A DNA stretch of 64,000 nt from Actinomycetota bacterium (GTDB lineage: Bacteria > Actinomycetota > Aquicultoria > SURF-47). The DNA is taken from the NCBI GenBank assembly GCA_003599235.1, contig QZJE01000002.1, positions 9,260 through 73,259 of the forward strand, written 5' to 3'. The first letter of the stretch is position 1. Every line of letters begins with the position of its first letter. This document shows positions 1-10,209 of this stretch, one piece after another. A program made the translations under genes and the position numbers. Below the pieces are notes generated by a model. It was not told the origin of the DNA and made no database searches. It was given only the letters and a program-made list of their open reading frames with translations.

Positions 1-659
1 CTAAACCAAAAAATATTGCTTTCAACATCAGTCTTAGCCCTGAGGCTACCTTTATGCAATTGAGATTACATAGCGATGCTATTGGTGTATCGATAAATCT
101 GCCAGGTTTATTCAATGTCTACAACGTTCTAGCTGCTGCTTCGCTAACTCACTGGTTAGGGGTTGATAAGAAAATAATTAGTGAATCAATAAATGCTTTC
201 CAAGCCGCTTTTGGACGGATGGAGAAAATTACCATTGGCAAAAAGCATATGTTGATCCTTCTGGTTAAAAACCCCACCGGTTTTAACCAAGTGTTACGAA
301 GTATCACCTCAGATGATACAAAGAAAACTGTAGCTATCTTGTTAAACGATAACTTTGCTGACGGTACTGACGTCTCCTGGATATGGGATAGTGAATTGGA
401 GTTGTTAAAAAACAGAACCGGCCGTATATTTGTCGGTGGCATCAGGGCACAGGATATGGCATTAAGGTTAAAATATGCAGGTCTTAATATGTCCTTTGTT
501 AAAATTATCAAAGAAGAAGAAAAGGTTATTGACGAATCTTTAGATAGCTTACCAGATGGCCAAACCCTATATGTGATGCCAACATACACCGCTATGTTAA
601 AGATTAGAAACATGCTTACCAGCCAAGGATTAGTTAAAGGGTTTTGGGAGGGGCAATGA
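1..659 (+). CDS. murT: Lipid II isoglutaminyl synthase MurT subunit, C-terminal part (5' end outside window)
   Basis: G.FNVYN Mur-ligase segment, AFGRME, LVKNP.G, ND..ADG.DVSWIWD, PTYTAM; overlaps gatD (ATGA). Confidence 0.9.
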   Translation, partial: KPKNIAFNISLSPEATFMQLRLHSDAIGVSINLPGLFNVYNVLAAASLTHWLGVDKKIISESINAFQAAFGRMEKITIGKKHMLILLVKNPTGFNQVLRSITSDDTKKTVAILLNDNFADGTDVSWIWDSELELLKNRTGRIFVGGIRAQDMALRLKYAGLNMSFVKIIKEEEKVIDESLDSLPDGQTLYVMPTYTAMLKIRNMLTSQGLVKGFWEGQ

Positions 660-1414
660 AGCTTACAATCTTTCATCTTTACCCTGAAGCTATGAATCTA
701 TATGGAGACTTAGGAAATATCCTTACACTGGTAAAGAGGTGCCAGTGGCGCGGAATTGATGTTGAAGTAAGCAATATCAAGGTAGGAGACAAGGCAGATT
801 TTAACCAAGCTGACCTTATTTTTTTAGGTGGAGGCCAAGACCGTGGTCAGTCTATAATAGCCCCTGATTTATTAAGAAAAGGGTCCCAGATCAAAGAGGC
901 GGTAGATAATGGTGCGGTGTCTCTGACTATTTGCGGAGGGTACCAGCTTTTTGGGAAGTATTTTAGGACAGCCGAGGGCACAGAAATTAAAGGAATTGAA
1001 GTTTTTGATGCTTATACGGTTGCCGGAAATAGACGCCTTATTGGAAACGTAATAGTTGAGGCCGGAAACTGGGCTAGTGGCCAAAACCAAGAAAAGCTGG
1101 TGGGTTTTGAAAACCATAGCGGGAAAACCATTCTTTTAAATGATTTATCTCCACTGGGAACCGTTGTTAAGGGTTTTGGTAATGACGGGGAAGGAAAAAC
1201 GGAAGGAGCAGTTTACAAAAACGCTTTCGGTACTTATTTACATGGTTCACTGCTTCCCAAAAACCCCTGGTTTGCTGATTATCTAATTCTAAAAGGACTT
1301 AAGCGAAAACACTTAGAAATAGAAGGCTTAGATGAGCTAGATGACACATTAGAAATGGATGCCAACGTAGCTGCTCAAAAGAGGGCAATGACTGCTAAAA
1401 CCACCTATATCTAA
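656..1414 (+). CDS. gatD: Lipid II isoglutaminyl synthase glutaminase subunit
   Basis: MNLYGD.GN, GGGQD, ICGGYQ, GFENH, TYLHG.LLPKNP; start moved to ATG 656. Confidence 0.92.
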   Translation: MKLTIFHLYPEAMNLYGDLGNILTLVKRCQWRGIDVEVSNIKVGDKADFNQADLIFLGGGQDRGQSIIAPDLLRKGSQIKEAVDNGAVSLTICGGYQLFGKYFRTAEGTEIKGIEVFDAYTVAGNRRLIGNVIVEAGNWASGQNQEKLVGFENHSGKTILLNDLSPLGTVVKGFGNDGEGKTEGAVYKNAFGTYLHGSLLPKNPWFADYLILKGLKRKHLEIEGLDELDDTLEMDANVAAQKRAMTAKTTYI

Positions 1415-1438
1415 TCATTGCTTTTGCCTAACAAGTGA

Positions 1439-1467
1439 TTGACAAGCCAACTCGAATACTTTAAATT
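1439..1467 (+). promoter_or_regulatory. Putative sigma70 promoter of the cytochrome pair
   Basis: TTGACA-N17-TAAATT upstream of 1537. Confidence 0.45.
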
Positions 1468-1536
1468 AATTGATAGTAAGTTGATAAAAAAAGACAAGTA
1501 TTAATTGCTTGCAGCAAAGAATAAAGTGGGGTTTAA

Positions 1537-2631
1537 TTGCAAAATTACAAATCACTTAAAGTAATAGGAATCATTATTTTAATTTTGTTAGTACTTCTTG
1601 TTGCCTTTGCGGCAACAGGGCTTGTTAGTACTCCAAGAGCAGTTCAGCGTATTGTTTTTAGTGTTTGGTTTAAAGTAACCAGGGCAGAAAGCAACAGTGA
1701 AAAAATGGTTGAATACCATATTGCTCCAAAAATTAAGGTAGTAGATGACAAAGGTAAAGTTAGCTACACCTATAAGTATACTAACGAAAACCGCCACTTA
1801 ATTGAGCGTGAATCAGCCATTTGTGAGGCATGCCACGGGACCATGAGGAGCGATGATCCCAAAAATATTGTACATAAAAGCATGTTTGACGCTCCTATGC
1901 TTAATTTTAACTGTACCGATTGCCATAAAAAGGTGGACTTAGCTAAAAGGAGCCCAGGCAGGGCTACCATCCAAGTGGATAGAACTTCATGTCTACCTTG
2001 TCACGATGCTTTGGGCAGTCAGTCTACAGCTGAGGAAACCGGAGGACAGACCTGGGGGACAAAGAAGGCGCCAAAAATGCCGTCTTCTATGAAGCTGCAC
2101 GGAAACGATGCTGTTTCAGGCAAACAATGGATCTTACAACATCCCAGGTTAGCTATGGGTCTTGGGATCAATGATTGTCGTAGTTGTCACCTAAAAGGTT
2201 CAGAGCTTGATTTTTGTAATGAATGCCATATGAGGGGCGGTTCAATGCCATCCAGTCATAGGGCAGTATATAGCGTGAGATTAAACGAGTTATTTCCTAA
2301 AATTACCCAAAAAACCAATAAAGTTAAAGCTAGATGGCTTGGCTATCACTTCGTATTTGTAAAGAAGGCCTTGAAAAAGATAAACGTAACTGTTAATTCA
2401 TCAGAGAAATTACCATTAGACAAACTACAAAAGCTTTCTTGCGGAGCTTGTCATGACATCAAGGGCTGGTGCAACCGCTGTCATACCCCTCACACCAGTA
2501 ATTGGCTAGACCCGGTTAAGGGGCACCCTGCATCGATTCTCAAACATGGCAAAAAACATTGTTCCAAGTGTCATGATTATCTAGGCGAGAAGTGTACGTC
2601 TTGCCATGAATCGCGCGGGGAACTACATTAA
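1537..2631 (+). CDS. Membrane-anchored multiheme cytochrome c (9 CxxCH)
   Basis: N-terminal hydrophobic helix; CEACH, CTDCH, CLPCH, CRSCH, CNECH, CGACH, CNRCH, CSKCH, CTSCH. Confidence 0.9.
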   Translation: MQNYKSLKVIGIIILILLVLLVAFAATGLVSTPRAVQRIVFSVWFKVTRAESNSEKMVEYHIAPKIKVVDDKGKVSYTYKYTNENRHLIERESAICEACHGTMRSDDPKNIVHKSMFDAPMLNFNCTDCHKKVDLAKRSPGRATIQVDRTSCLPCHDALGSQSTAEETGGQTWGTKKAPKMPSSMKLHGNDAVSGKQWILQHPRLAMGLGINDCRSCHLKGSELDFCNECHMRGGSMPSSHRAVYSVRLNELFPKITQKTNKVKARWLGYHFVFVKKALKKINVTVNSSEKLPLDKLQKLSCGACHDIKGWCNRCHTPHTSNWLDPVKGHPASILKHGKKHCSKCHDYLGEKCTSCHESRGELH

Positions 2632-3161
2632 TGATAAACAAGATAAAAGCAAGCGTATTAACCATAATCGTTATAGTTGTATCGGTTTTTATGGGCAAGT
2701 CTTTTTTGAACAGATATATTTTTGCCGAAGTACAACCGGTACAACCCATCAAGTTTAATCACCGCTCCCATGTAACTAACAATAAAATTCCTTGTAAGTA
2801 CTGCCATATATATGCCAAGAGGTCTAATGTATCCGGTGTTCCCAGTGTTGAGCGATGCATGGGATGTCACAGCTCCATTAAGAACGTTAAAAACGATAAA
2901 GGTGAGTTAAAAAAGCTGGTTAGCCACTGGGAGAATAAAAAGCCGATTGCCTGGACCAAGGTATATAACTTAGCTGATTACATTTACTTTTCTCATAGGT
3001 CTCATATAACGGTAGCCAAAATTGATTGCAAAGAATGTCACGGAGATGTGGCTAAAATGGATACTGTAAGAAGGGTTCCCAATATTAACATGGGATGGTG
3101 TCTGCACTGTCACTCAGATAACAACGGCCCCACCGGCGACTGCTGGGGATGTCACCAATAA
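2631..3161 (+). CDS. actA: Pentaheme cytochrome c, ActA/QrcA-like
   Basis: TM anchor, QPI.FNH..H, five CxxCH, I.W.KVY.L.DY.YFSH..H, MGWCL.CH. Confidence 0.85.
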   Translation: MINKIKASVLTIIVIVVSVFMGKSFLNRYIFAEVQPVQPIKFNHRSHVTNNKIPCKYCHIYAKRSNVSGVPSVERCMGCHSSIKNVKNDKGELKKLVSHWENKKPIAWTKVYNLADYIYFSHRSHITVAKIDCKECHGDVAKMDTVRRVPNINMGWCLHCHSDNNGPTGDCWGCHQ

Positions 3162-3162
3162 A

Positions 3163-3183
3163 TAAGCTGTAAGCTGTAAGCTA
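3163..3183. repeat. Heptamer tandem repeat TAAGCTG x3
   Basis: TAAGCTG TAAGCTG TAAGCTA just after the actA stop. Confidence 0.8.
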
Positions 3184-3367
3184 GACGCCGTAATAGTCGT
3201 CTTTAACATTGCGGCGAGCACGGGATTTTCTAAAGGGGATTAAACTGTAAGCTTTATTAGATACATAGGCAACTGCCGCTAATTTAGAGCCTTTTGCTAG
3301 TTTAGACAAAAACTCTCTTCTATTAATTTCTTTAAGCTTTTTACTCATGACCAAACCTTTCTAAACA

Positions 3368-4435
3368 CTACTGCCAACCTTGCTGTTTAGCAATTAAAGG
3401 ATCATTAACAAGTGCATCTTTATCAGGCAAGATATTTGGATTATATTTAACCAGCATAAGAAAAACCACAATTACTCCTGATATTACTCCTACAAAAGTA
3501 ATGATATTTACAGGGCTTAATATAAATGTTTTAGTAATTAGATGCTCCTTTTCTAAAACTGGAACAATCACCAAGTATTTTTCCAGAAAAACGCCGCCCA
3601 ATACTGATACGGCCACCATCGTTACCCTACTAGCTGAGTTTCTAACCTTGCTAAAGATAAGCGATATAAAAGGTATACCGCTTAAGAGCACCAGAGAAGT
3701 TAAAAATACCGGCCGGTAATACCCATAGATGCGCAAATAAACAGGAATAGTCTCTTCTGGAAGTTGAACAAACCAAATAGCCATGTATTGAACCCACCAC
3801 AGAAAAGTCCAAACAATTGTTAAGGCTAACATTATCTTAGCTGAGGTTAAAAAGTGTTCGTCACCAAAAACCTTAATTCCTGAATATTTTTTGGCAAAAA
3901 ACATGGTAATTATAAGCAGGCCAATACCGCCGTATAGAACGGTTGTAAAGTTAAGCACAGAATACATTGTATCGGCAAAGTGGTGGTTTAAAAGCATGCC
4001 GATATCCCAAGAAGTAAGAGTTTGGTAAATTACCAGTGATAATAATGTAAAAAAGCTGCCCAATAAAAGAGTGTTGTTAAGAGCTGGCACTCCTTCATCC
4101 TTAATCTGGACTGTTCTGCGTGATTTTATAAACAAAAACAACGCCAATCCGTAAACGACCACAAAAGCAAGTGATTGTCTTATGATAAAGAAAAGGTAAT
4201 TAAACCATACGCTGTCAGCTGTACTGTGAGCCCAGGTAAAAACAGAATCTTTGCTATACAGGATAGCAGCAAGCATTAATATGCCGACTGGCAGAAATGA
4301 TAAACCTAAAGATAAAGATAAACGAAAAATAGAGGCTCCCCACCTAGCTGAGGTAATGCGCAATATTACTCCGATAGCTAAAGCTCCCTGGGTAACTGCC
4401 ATGGCAAACAGAAACATAGTAACGAAAATACCCAT
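3368..4435 (-). CDS. actF: NrfD-like polytopic membrane subunit, ActF-like
   Basis: Many TM helices, QY..IW...LPEE motif, last gene of the act operon. Confidence 0.75.
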   Translation of the reverse strand: MGIFVTMFLFAMAVTQGALAIGVILRITSARWGASIFRLSLSLGLSFLPVGILMLAAILYSKDSVFTWAHSTADSVWFNYLFFIIRQSLAFVVVYGLALFLFIKSRRTVQIKDEGVPALNNTLLLGSFFTLLSLVIYQTLTSWDIGMLLNHHFADTMYSVLNFTTVLYGGIGLLIITMFFAKKYSGIKVFGDEHFLTSAKIMLALTIVWTFLWWVQYMAIWFVQLPEETIPVYLRIYGYYRPVFLTSLVLLSGIPFISLIFSKVRNSASRVTMVAVSVLGGVFLEKYLVIVPVLEKEHLITKTFILSPVNIITFVGVISGVIVVFLMLVKYNPNILPDKDALVNDPLIAKQQGWQ

Positions 4436-5019
4436 TAATTAACTCCTGACTTAATGTAGTTGACTAGCTTCCATCTTTCATTGGGATCCATGGCGTCTTT
4501 AAATCCTGGCATAATCGAGCCCCCGCCTTGACCGATAGTAAAAAACAGCTGCTGGTCTAGCGAGTTACGAAAATAGTCAATATCTATTTCGTCGTCGCCA
4601 ACAAATCCGGAAAGGTAACGGCTTAAGTCGTCTTTTTCGGTTTTAGATATTTTTCCAAGGCTGGCAACAGTCCCCATAAGACCGATGCCATCACCATTCT
4701 TGCCGTGGCATGCCGCACAGAAATCTAAATATAATTCCTTGCCTTCTTTGAGATTTTCCTCGGTTGATTTCTCTGTGTTTATCATAGTGTTAGCATTTTC
4801 TCTTAAGCTTACTTCCGGTAAACTTTCCTTGGTGGGCACCGCCCCTATGGCCGGCTCTGAGTATGGCTGCTCTTGGGGCCAAGGGGAAACTTGATGAATC
4901 TCCCGGTAGCCGCTGCAGTCATACCAGGCATCGTATACACCGTAGACAACAAAGGACATAATTATTGATATACTCAGAATTATTAGGTTTCTGTACAGCT
5001 TGCTACTTGTATCTGCCAA
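4435..5019 (-). CDS. actE: Monoheme cytochrome c, ActE-like
   Basis: G..LY...CAACHG..GDG.G, MPGF, RW..VNYI; TTG start. Confidence 0.8.
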   Translation of the reverse strand: MADTSSKLYRNLIILSISIIMSFVVYGVYDAWYDCSGYREIHQVSPWPQEQPYSEPAIGAVPTKESLPEVSLRENANTMINTEKSTEENLKEGKELYLDFCAACHGKNGDGIGLMGTVASLGKISKTEKDDLSRYLSGFVGDDEIDIDYFRNSLDQQLFFTIGQGGGSIMPGFKDAMDPNERWKLVNYIKSGVN

Positions 5020-6972
5020 CTAGTTTTCCCCTGTTATTACTTCAACATTGTATTTATTGAATATGTTAAGTGCTTTTTTAAGATTAGATGGTTCTTTGTC
5101 GGCAACAGTTATATTAAAGCGGTCTAAACTGGCTTTTCGATTATATCCTTTAAGATCCGAAGGCATCCTTGCCAGATATATCAGTCCTACAGTGGCTCCA
5201 ATAAGGCCACCTAATGCACCCAATAAGCCAGCGGAGAATACTACAGTAGGCCAGGTTACAATCTCAAAAGGACCGGTTTTAATAGGATATAAAAGCATGC
5301 TACCAGCACTCATGGCAACACCTAAAATAGCAAAAATTATACCCCCTGCTGCTGCAAACCTTATTACATGAATACGTCTGGTTCTTAGCTTTGCTATTAA
5401 ATAACTTGGTTTTAACGAAAACCTAGGTTCTTCTGAATCCAACAAACTGTCTATTTCATCACTAGGGACAGGGCAATGAACATTTAACTCCCTAATGCCT
5501 GCTTCCTTTAGCTCTTTTAGAGCTAAAATAGCGTCATCGTGGTATTGAAATCCTCCCATAATAACAATAGGCGAGCCTCCATTAGTTAAGGTTACTGGCT
5601 CTTTTTGATTATTATTTTCTAAAGCTTTGCTCTCTTTTAAATGCCCGCCTCTTTTAGGAAAAGGCAGCAGCTCTTTTACCTCAAATATCGATATTACCGG
5701 AATTATTTTTATTGCTAACAAATAAACAAAAACGAATATGCTTACCGACCAAAGTAAAATGGAATACTCAGCCCAGTTGGGAGCGTAATCAAACCAGGTA
5801 GTAGGCAGGTATCCTATAGCCAAAGAAGGAATGCACATCAAATAACGCTCAAAGTACATAGCAATCTCAATACCCACAGCAATACAGAATAAAGCGGTTA
5901 AGTTGGTCCTTATTTTTCTCATAAACAAAGAAAGGGGAACGATGCTGTTTAGAATGACCATCGTCCAAAATATCCAGGCATAAGGCCCGCGTATTTTTGC
6001 CACAGCCGGCATTAGCTCGAAGTTAGCTTTTTTAATCCAGGGAACAAAAAGCTCAATTAGATATATATAACTAATGCCCATACTGGCTAAAAGTACCAAT
6101 TTAGATAGATTGTCGAAGTATTGCAACTTAAGATATTTTTCGAGTTTTAAATATTTGCGGACCAAAACCAGAATCATAATAACGCCAGATACTCCAGATA
6201 GCAGGGCTCCGGTTACGAAATAAAAAGGGTATATTGTGCTATGAGAGCCTGGCATGGTAGTCATATTAGGCACAAATGAGGTAACGGTATGCATAGATAC
6301 TGCAACAGGTATAATGCAGCAAGCTATAAGTACGTAAGCTCTTCTAAAGTGTCTCCATTGCTCAACTGTTCCTCTCCAGCCAAGCGAGAGTATGGTATAT
6401 AGTTTTTTTCTCCAGCCACTCATTGTATCTCTTAAAGCGGCAAAATCGGGTATCGAGCCTACGAATAAAAATAAGATACTAGCTGTCAGGTAACTCATTA
6501 AGCCGATTACGTCCAAAGTTAAAGGCGAGCGAAAGTTTAGCCACATTAAACGGAAGCTGGTAACTGGTAGAGTAAACCAAAAACGCCAAGGGCGGCCCAT
6601 GTGACAGATAATAATAATACAAGCCACAATCAAAGCAAATCCGGTAGCCATCTCAGCTGCCCTGTAAATTGGGTTTCTCCAGTGACTTTTAGTTAATAAT
6701 AAGATTCCGGATAAAAGTGTTCCGGAAAGGGAAAAGCCCACCCAGAAAATGAAGGTCGGCAAGTCAAGCCCCCAATATATCGACTCTCTGGTAGCCCACA
6801 TACCTAGTCCGATTGAGCTTTGAAAATAATAGACTACAGCACCGTAGAGAACTAAAAGACCTGATACCGCCAAAGCTATACAGTAACCCCGGCTAAAAGT
6901 GGTTAGGGTGCGTTCCACATCTTTATTTATATCGGCGTATTCTATGCCTTCGAACTCATTATGTCCGCTCAT
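5020..6972 (-). CDS. actC: NrfD/PsrC quinol-site subunit fused to an ActD-like domain (ActC-ActD)
   Basis: WG....FIFW, I.RAAE, HMGRPW, NFRSPL..D, FERY; C-terminal G.F...L+E.G....HCP.P plus two TMs. Confidence 0.85.
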   Translation of the reverse strand: MSGHNEFEGIEYADINKDVERTLTTFSRGYCIALAVSGLLVLYGAVVYYFQSSIGLGMWATRESIYWGLDLPTFIFWVGFSLSGTLLSGILLLTKSHWRNPIYRAAEMATGFALIVACIIIICHMGRPWRFWFTLPVTSFRLMWLNFRSPLTLDVIGLMSYLTASILFLFVGSIPDFAALRDTMSGWRKKLYTILSLGWRGTVEQWRHFRRAYVLIACCIIPVAVSMHTVTSFVPNMTTMPGSHSTIYPFYFVTGALLSGVSGVIMILVLVRKYLKLEKYLKLQYFDNLSKLVLLASMGISYIYLIELFVPWIKKANFELMPAVAKIRGPYAWIFWTMVILNSIVPLSLFMRKIRTNLTALFCIAVGIEIAMYFERYLMCIPSLAIGYLPTTWFDYAPNWAEYSILLWSVSIFVFVYLLAIKIIPVISIFEVKELLPFPKRGGHLKESKALENNNQKEPVTLTNGGSPIVIMGGFQYHDDAILALKELKEAGIRELNVHCPVPSDEIDSLLDSEEPRFSLKPSYLIAKLRTRRIHVIRFAAAGGIIFAILGVAMSAGSMLLYPIKTGPFEIVTWPTVVFSAGLLGALGGLIGATVGLIYLARMPSDLKGYNRKASLDRFNITVADKEPSNLKKALNIFNKYNVEVITGEN

Positions 6973-6974
6973 AT

Positions 6975-9900
6975 TTAATGCCCGTTTCCTTTTTTCTCTT
7001 CCTCAGCGCCTTTTCTTACGGCTTTAAGAAAAATAACTCCCGGTTCAATATCTAGCTCCTCAAGTACCTGATAACGCCTAGGATCTCTAGTTAATTGCGA
7101 AACCTTGCTTTTTTTATCAAGCAAGTCGCCGAAAACAATAGCTCCGCTAGGACAAGTTTGAGCACAAGCCGGCTGGACTTCGCCATCCTTGACACGCCTA
7201 CCTTTAGCGTGGGCGGCTTCTTTAGCTTCTCTTATGCGGTGGGCGCAAAAGGTGCATTTATCGGTAAAACCTGAACTTCTAACAGACACTTCAGGGTTTA
7301 GTTGTTGGTCTAGTGGGCTTGGCCATTCGGGATTAAGCCAGTTAAATATTCTGGATCTGAAAGGGCAGTTAGTGTTGCAATACCTAGTACCTACGCAGCG
7401 ATGATATGTCTGGCCGTTTAAACCGTCGTCGGTTCTAAAAGGAGCGTAAGCTAAACACATTGCTTCACAAGGAGCTTTGCCGCACTGATAACAATTAACA
7501 GGAATCATTTTAGCTCTTATATTAGGGTATTCTCCCTCCCAATAGCGGTCAATTCTCATCCAGTTTTTGTGGCGGTGCAAGATAGTTTGCTCTTCATCAA
7601 CAATCGGAATGTTATTTTCTGCATAACAAGAAGTCATACAGGCTTGGCAACCGGTACATTTGTCCAAGTCAACAACCATCCCCCAGCGATAACGGAATTT
7701 GGGTATGCGTGCCTTAAGGCCTATTATTGGGATTGGCTTAGTAGTCGGCTTCTTAGCTCTATCTAGAGGGGGAACGGCTTCAATAGCTTTAAGTTTTTTG
7801 TGGGCAACTGTTTCCAATTCTTCTGGGCTTATCCATTGAACAATTTCTCTATCCAGCTCCCTTACGCCATTTTCAAGCCCCGGGGTTTTAAGATCAGGAT
7901 CCGTCTTAGCTATTATCCTAGAGCCGTTTCCTTTTTTAACTTCTACCTCTGTAAGGCTCCAGGCTAAGCTTTCACTAACATTCGTAGTTTCTGATTTTAC
8001 TATTTTAAGAGGATTAACGCCTCGTTTTTTAGCATACCGTCCGTATTCCTGGTGTCCTTGGCCGATGGGAATAGCTATCGCTTCCGGATGAATAGCAGGG
8101 AAAGGATAAGCAGGAACTTCTATTTTGCCGGTCTGAGATTTAATTTCTATTAGGTCCCCTTCTTCTACTCCAAGCTCTTTGGCTTTTTCGGGGTTTATAG
8201 CAGCCCAGGTCCCCCAAGCACCAGTTATTAGTGGCTCGGGAAGTTGCTGCAGCCACGGCTGGTTAGCTCCCCGACCATCGTAATGGTTATGTGAGGGATA
8301 GGCGATTAAACTTAGTTTGTCATTATGCTCTTCTTTAACCTGTGGTTTTGGTAACTTGGCTGGATCTGGGGATTTTTTTATAGCTACAGTACTTTCTTCT
8401 TCCCAGAAGCCACCTTGTTTTTGGCACTTTGTCCAAAAATTGCCGAAAGTAAGTTCTTTAGTTTTACCCCTAGCTTTAGCATCGTTATATACGGCACGCC
8501 AACTTTGTTTAACGTATGTTCTAAAATCATGCCAGTTGTAAGTGTTGCTAATTTCTTTTATTTGTTTGGCAATAGATAGGATAATTTCCCCAAGCTGTTT
8601 ACTATTATATAAAGGAGATATTACCGGCTGCATCAGTCCTATGGATTTATTTCCGTTATCAATTAAAGGAATATAGCTATCCCAGCTCTCAAGATAGGTG
8701 GCACTTGGCAGAATTAAATCGGCATTTGCCGTGGTGTCGTCTTTAAAAGCTGAGAAACTAACTACAAAAGGGACCTTTTCCAGGCCTTCTTTTAAGGCGA
8801 TCCCATCAGGTAAGTTGAATACAGGATTGCTATTATAGATAAAAGCAATTCCCACTTCGCTTTTAGACATTTGATTAGCTAATTCATTTATACGTTTAAA
8901 AGAAGCATTGGGTTGCACTAGATCATTAAATATTGATTTGGAAGGGTTAATAAGGCCGCCGCTTTTACCAACAGAGCCAACCAAATGGTTTAAGACATTA
9001 GCAGCAGTCGCATTTTCAAATCCGTTTTTAGAATTGCTGGCAAGACCTGCAGAAATAGCAATCGATGGTTGTTCTTGGGCGAACTTTCTAGCAACTTGTT
9101 CCAGCACTTCTTTTTTAACTCCAGATAATTTTGATATTTTTTCCGGGGTGAAATCTTCTAAATACTTAGCCCAAGCAGCTTTCTTTGGTTTTATTAAGGG
9201 ATGAAACAGATTTTTGGCGACAATTATTTGGGCTATGCTTAATGCAACCAGCCCTTCGGTTCCAGGTTTAATAGGGAACCACTCGTCAGCATTGGCGCCT
9301 GTTAGCGATAGCTTGGTTTCGAACTGCACTAAAGTGCCCCTTTTGCCTGAACCGAATTGAGGCTCTCTTAGCTTTCCGTAAGCATCGGCGTGTTTTACAG
9401 GAGATGCCCAGGTGTCTAATAGATCAGTACCCAAAGAAAGAACATAGGCGGAATTAGCGATATCATAATGGCCAATATCTTTAAATCCGAAACATACTTC
9501 ATTGGCCTGAGCTGCCGTTTCGTTTCCAAACAGTTCAAAGGGGTAGACGTTGTCGGCTCCGAAATGGTTGGCAAAAGAGGTAAGTAACTTTCCCTGACTG
9601 CTTCTTAGGGGCTCTGTAATAAAGGCTACTTTTTTTGATTTATCACGATTAGATAATTTTTCAGCTACTATGCTCTCTGCTTCTTCCCAGCTGATTTTTT
9701 TATAGCCTTTACCGCTTTTTATCAAAGGAGTTTTAATCCGGTCGGGATTATACAGCACTTGCAGGCCCGCATGTCCTCTTAGGCAGAGTCGTCCGTTATT
9801 AACCGGAAAGAAAGGATTTCCTTCTATTTTTTTGGCTCTGCCCTCTCTAGTTTTTACTTGTATTCCGCAACCGGCAGAACATTGACGGCAAACACTAGAG

Positions 9901-10064
9901 TACCAGGTAGGCAAACCGAGTACTTCTCCGTCAGGAGGGCTAACGTAGGAGTACAACTTCTCTTGAGTATTTTTTTTAAGGCTAAAAAGGTTATTGTAGA
10001 GAGGACCAAGAGTTGCCGCACCTAAGTACTTAAGGAACTTACGGCGTTCAATCGAGCGCTTCAT
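6975..10064 (-). CDS. actB: Molybdopterin-oxidoreductase-like domain fused to multi-FeS ferredoxin (ActB / QrcBC-like)
   Basis: Tat RRKFLK; CRQCSAGC..LC; DGRGANQPWLQ.LP; CTGCQAC, CYQC..APC, CVGTRYC, CTFC..PAC..CP. Confidence 0.88.
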   Translation of the reverse strand: MKRSIERRKFLKYLGAATLGPLYNNLFSLKKNTQEKLYSYVSPPDGEVLGLPTWYSSVCRQCSAGCGIQVKTREGRAKKIEGNPFFPVNNGRLCLRGHAGLQVLYNPDRIKTPLIKSGKGYKKISWEEAESIVAEKLSNRDKSKKVAFITEPLRSSQGKLLTSFANHFGADNVYPFELFGNETAAQANEVCFGFKDIGHYDIANSAYVLSLGTDLLDTWASPVKHADAYGKLREPQFGSGKRGTLVQFETKLSLTGANADEWFPIKPGTEGLVALSIAQIIVAKNLFHPLIKPKKAAWAKYLEDFTPEKISKLSGVKKEVLEQVARKFAQEQPSIAISAGLASNSKNGFENATAANVLNHLVGSVGKSGGLINPSKSIFNDLVQPNASFKRINELANQMSKSEVGIAFIYNSNPVFNLPDGIALKEGLEKVPFVVSFSAFKDDTTANADLILPSATYLESWDSYIPLIDNGNKSIGLMQPVISPLYNSKQLGEIILSIAKQIKEISNTYNWHDFRTYVKQSWRAVYNDAKARGKTKELTFGNFWTKCQKQGGFWEEESTVAIKKSPDPAKLPKPQVKEEHNDKLSLIAYPSHNHYDGRGANQPWLQQLPEPLITGAWGTWAAINPEKAKELGVEEGDLIEIKSQTGKIEVPAYPFPAIHPEAIAIPIGQGHQEYGRYAKKRGVNPLKIVKSETTNVSESLAWSLTEVEVKKGNGSRIIAKTDPDLKTPGLENGVRELDREIVQWISPEELETVAHKKLKAIEAVPPLDRAKKPTTKPIPIIGLKARIPKFRYRWGMVVDLDKCTGCQACMTSCYAENNIPIVDEEQTILHRHKNWMRIDRYWEGEYPNIRAKMIPVNCYQCGKAPCEAMCLAYAPFRTDDGLNGQTYHRCVGTRYCNTNCPFRSRIFNWLNPEWPSPLDQQLNPEVSVRSSGFTDKCTFCAHRIREAKEAAHAKGRRVKDGEVQPACAQTCPSGAIVFGDLLDKKSKVSQLTRDPRRYQVLEELDIEPGVIFLKAVRKGAEEEKKGNGH

Positions 10065-10209
10065 GTACTGATTTATCCTCCTATAACAGCTTGTTAGGTG
10101 TAACCCTTAGTATATTATTTTACTGATTGTAATATACTTGATTATCTTTATCAAGAAAGTTGTTATTAAATTATCGATTTGTTATTATGTCTGCTAAAGG
10201 AGATTACCT

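Noticed and set aside
3195-3300. attC site or ribozyme between actA and actF (TAAC..GCGGC/GCCGC)
   Set aside because: No matching GTTRRRY end or ribozyme core recognised; a simple stem between convergent genes suffices.
6975-10064. Selenocysteine recoding or a catalytic formate/nitrate reductase
   Set aside because: No in-frame TGA; the fusion and neighbours match ActB.
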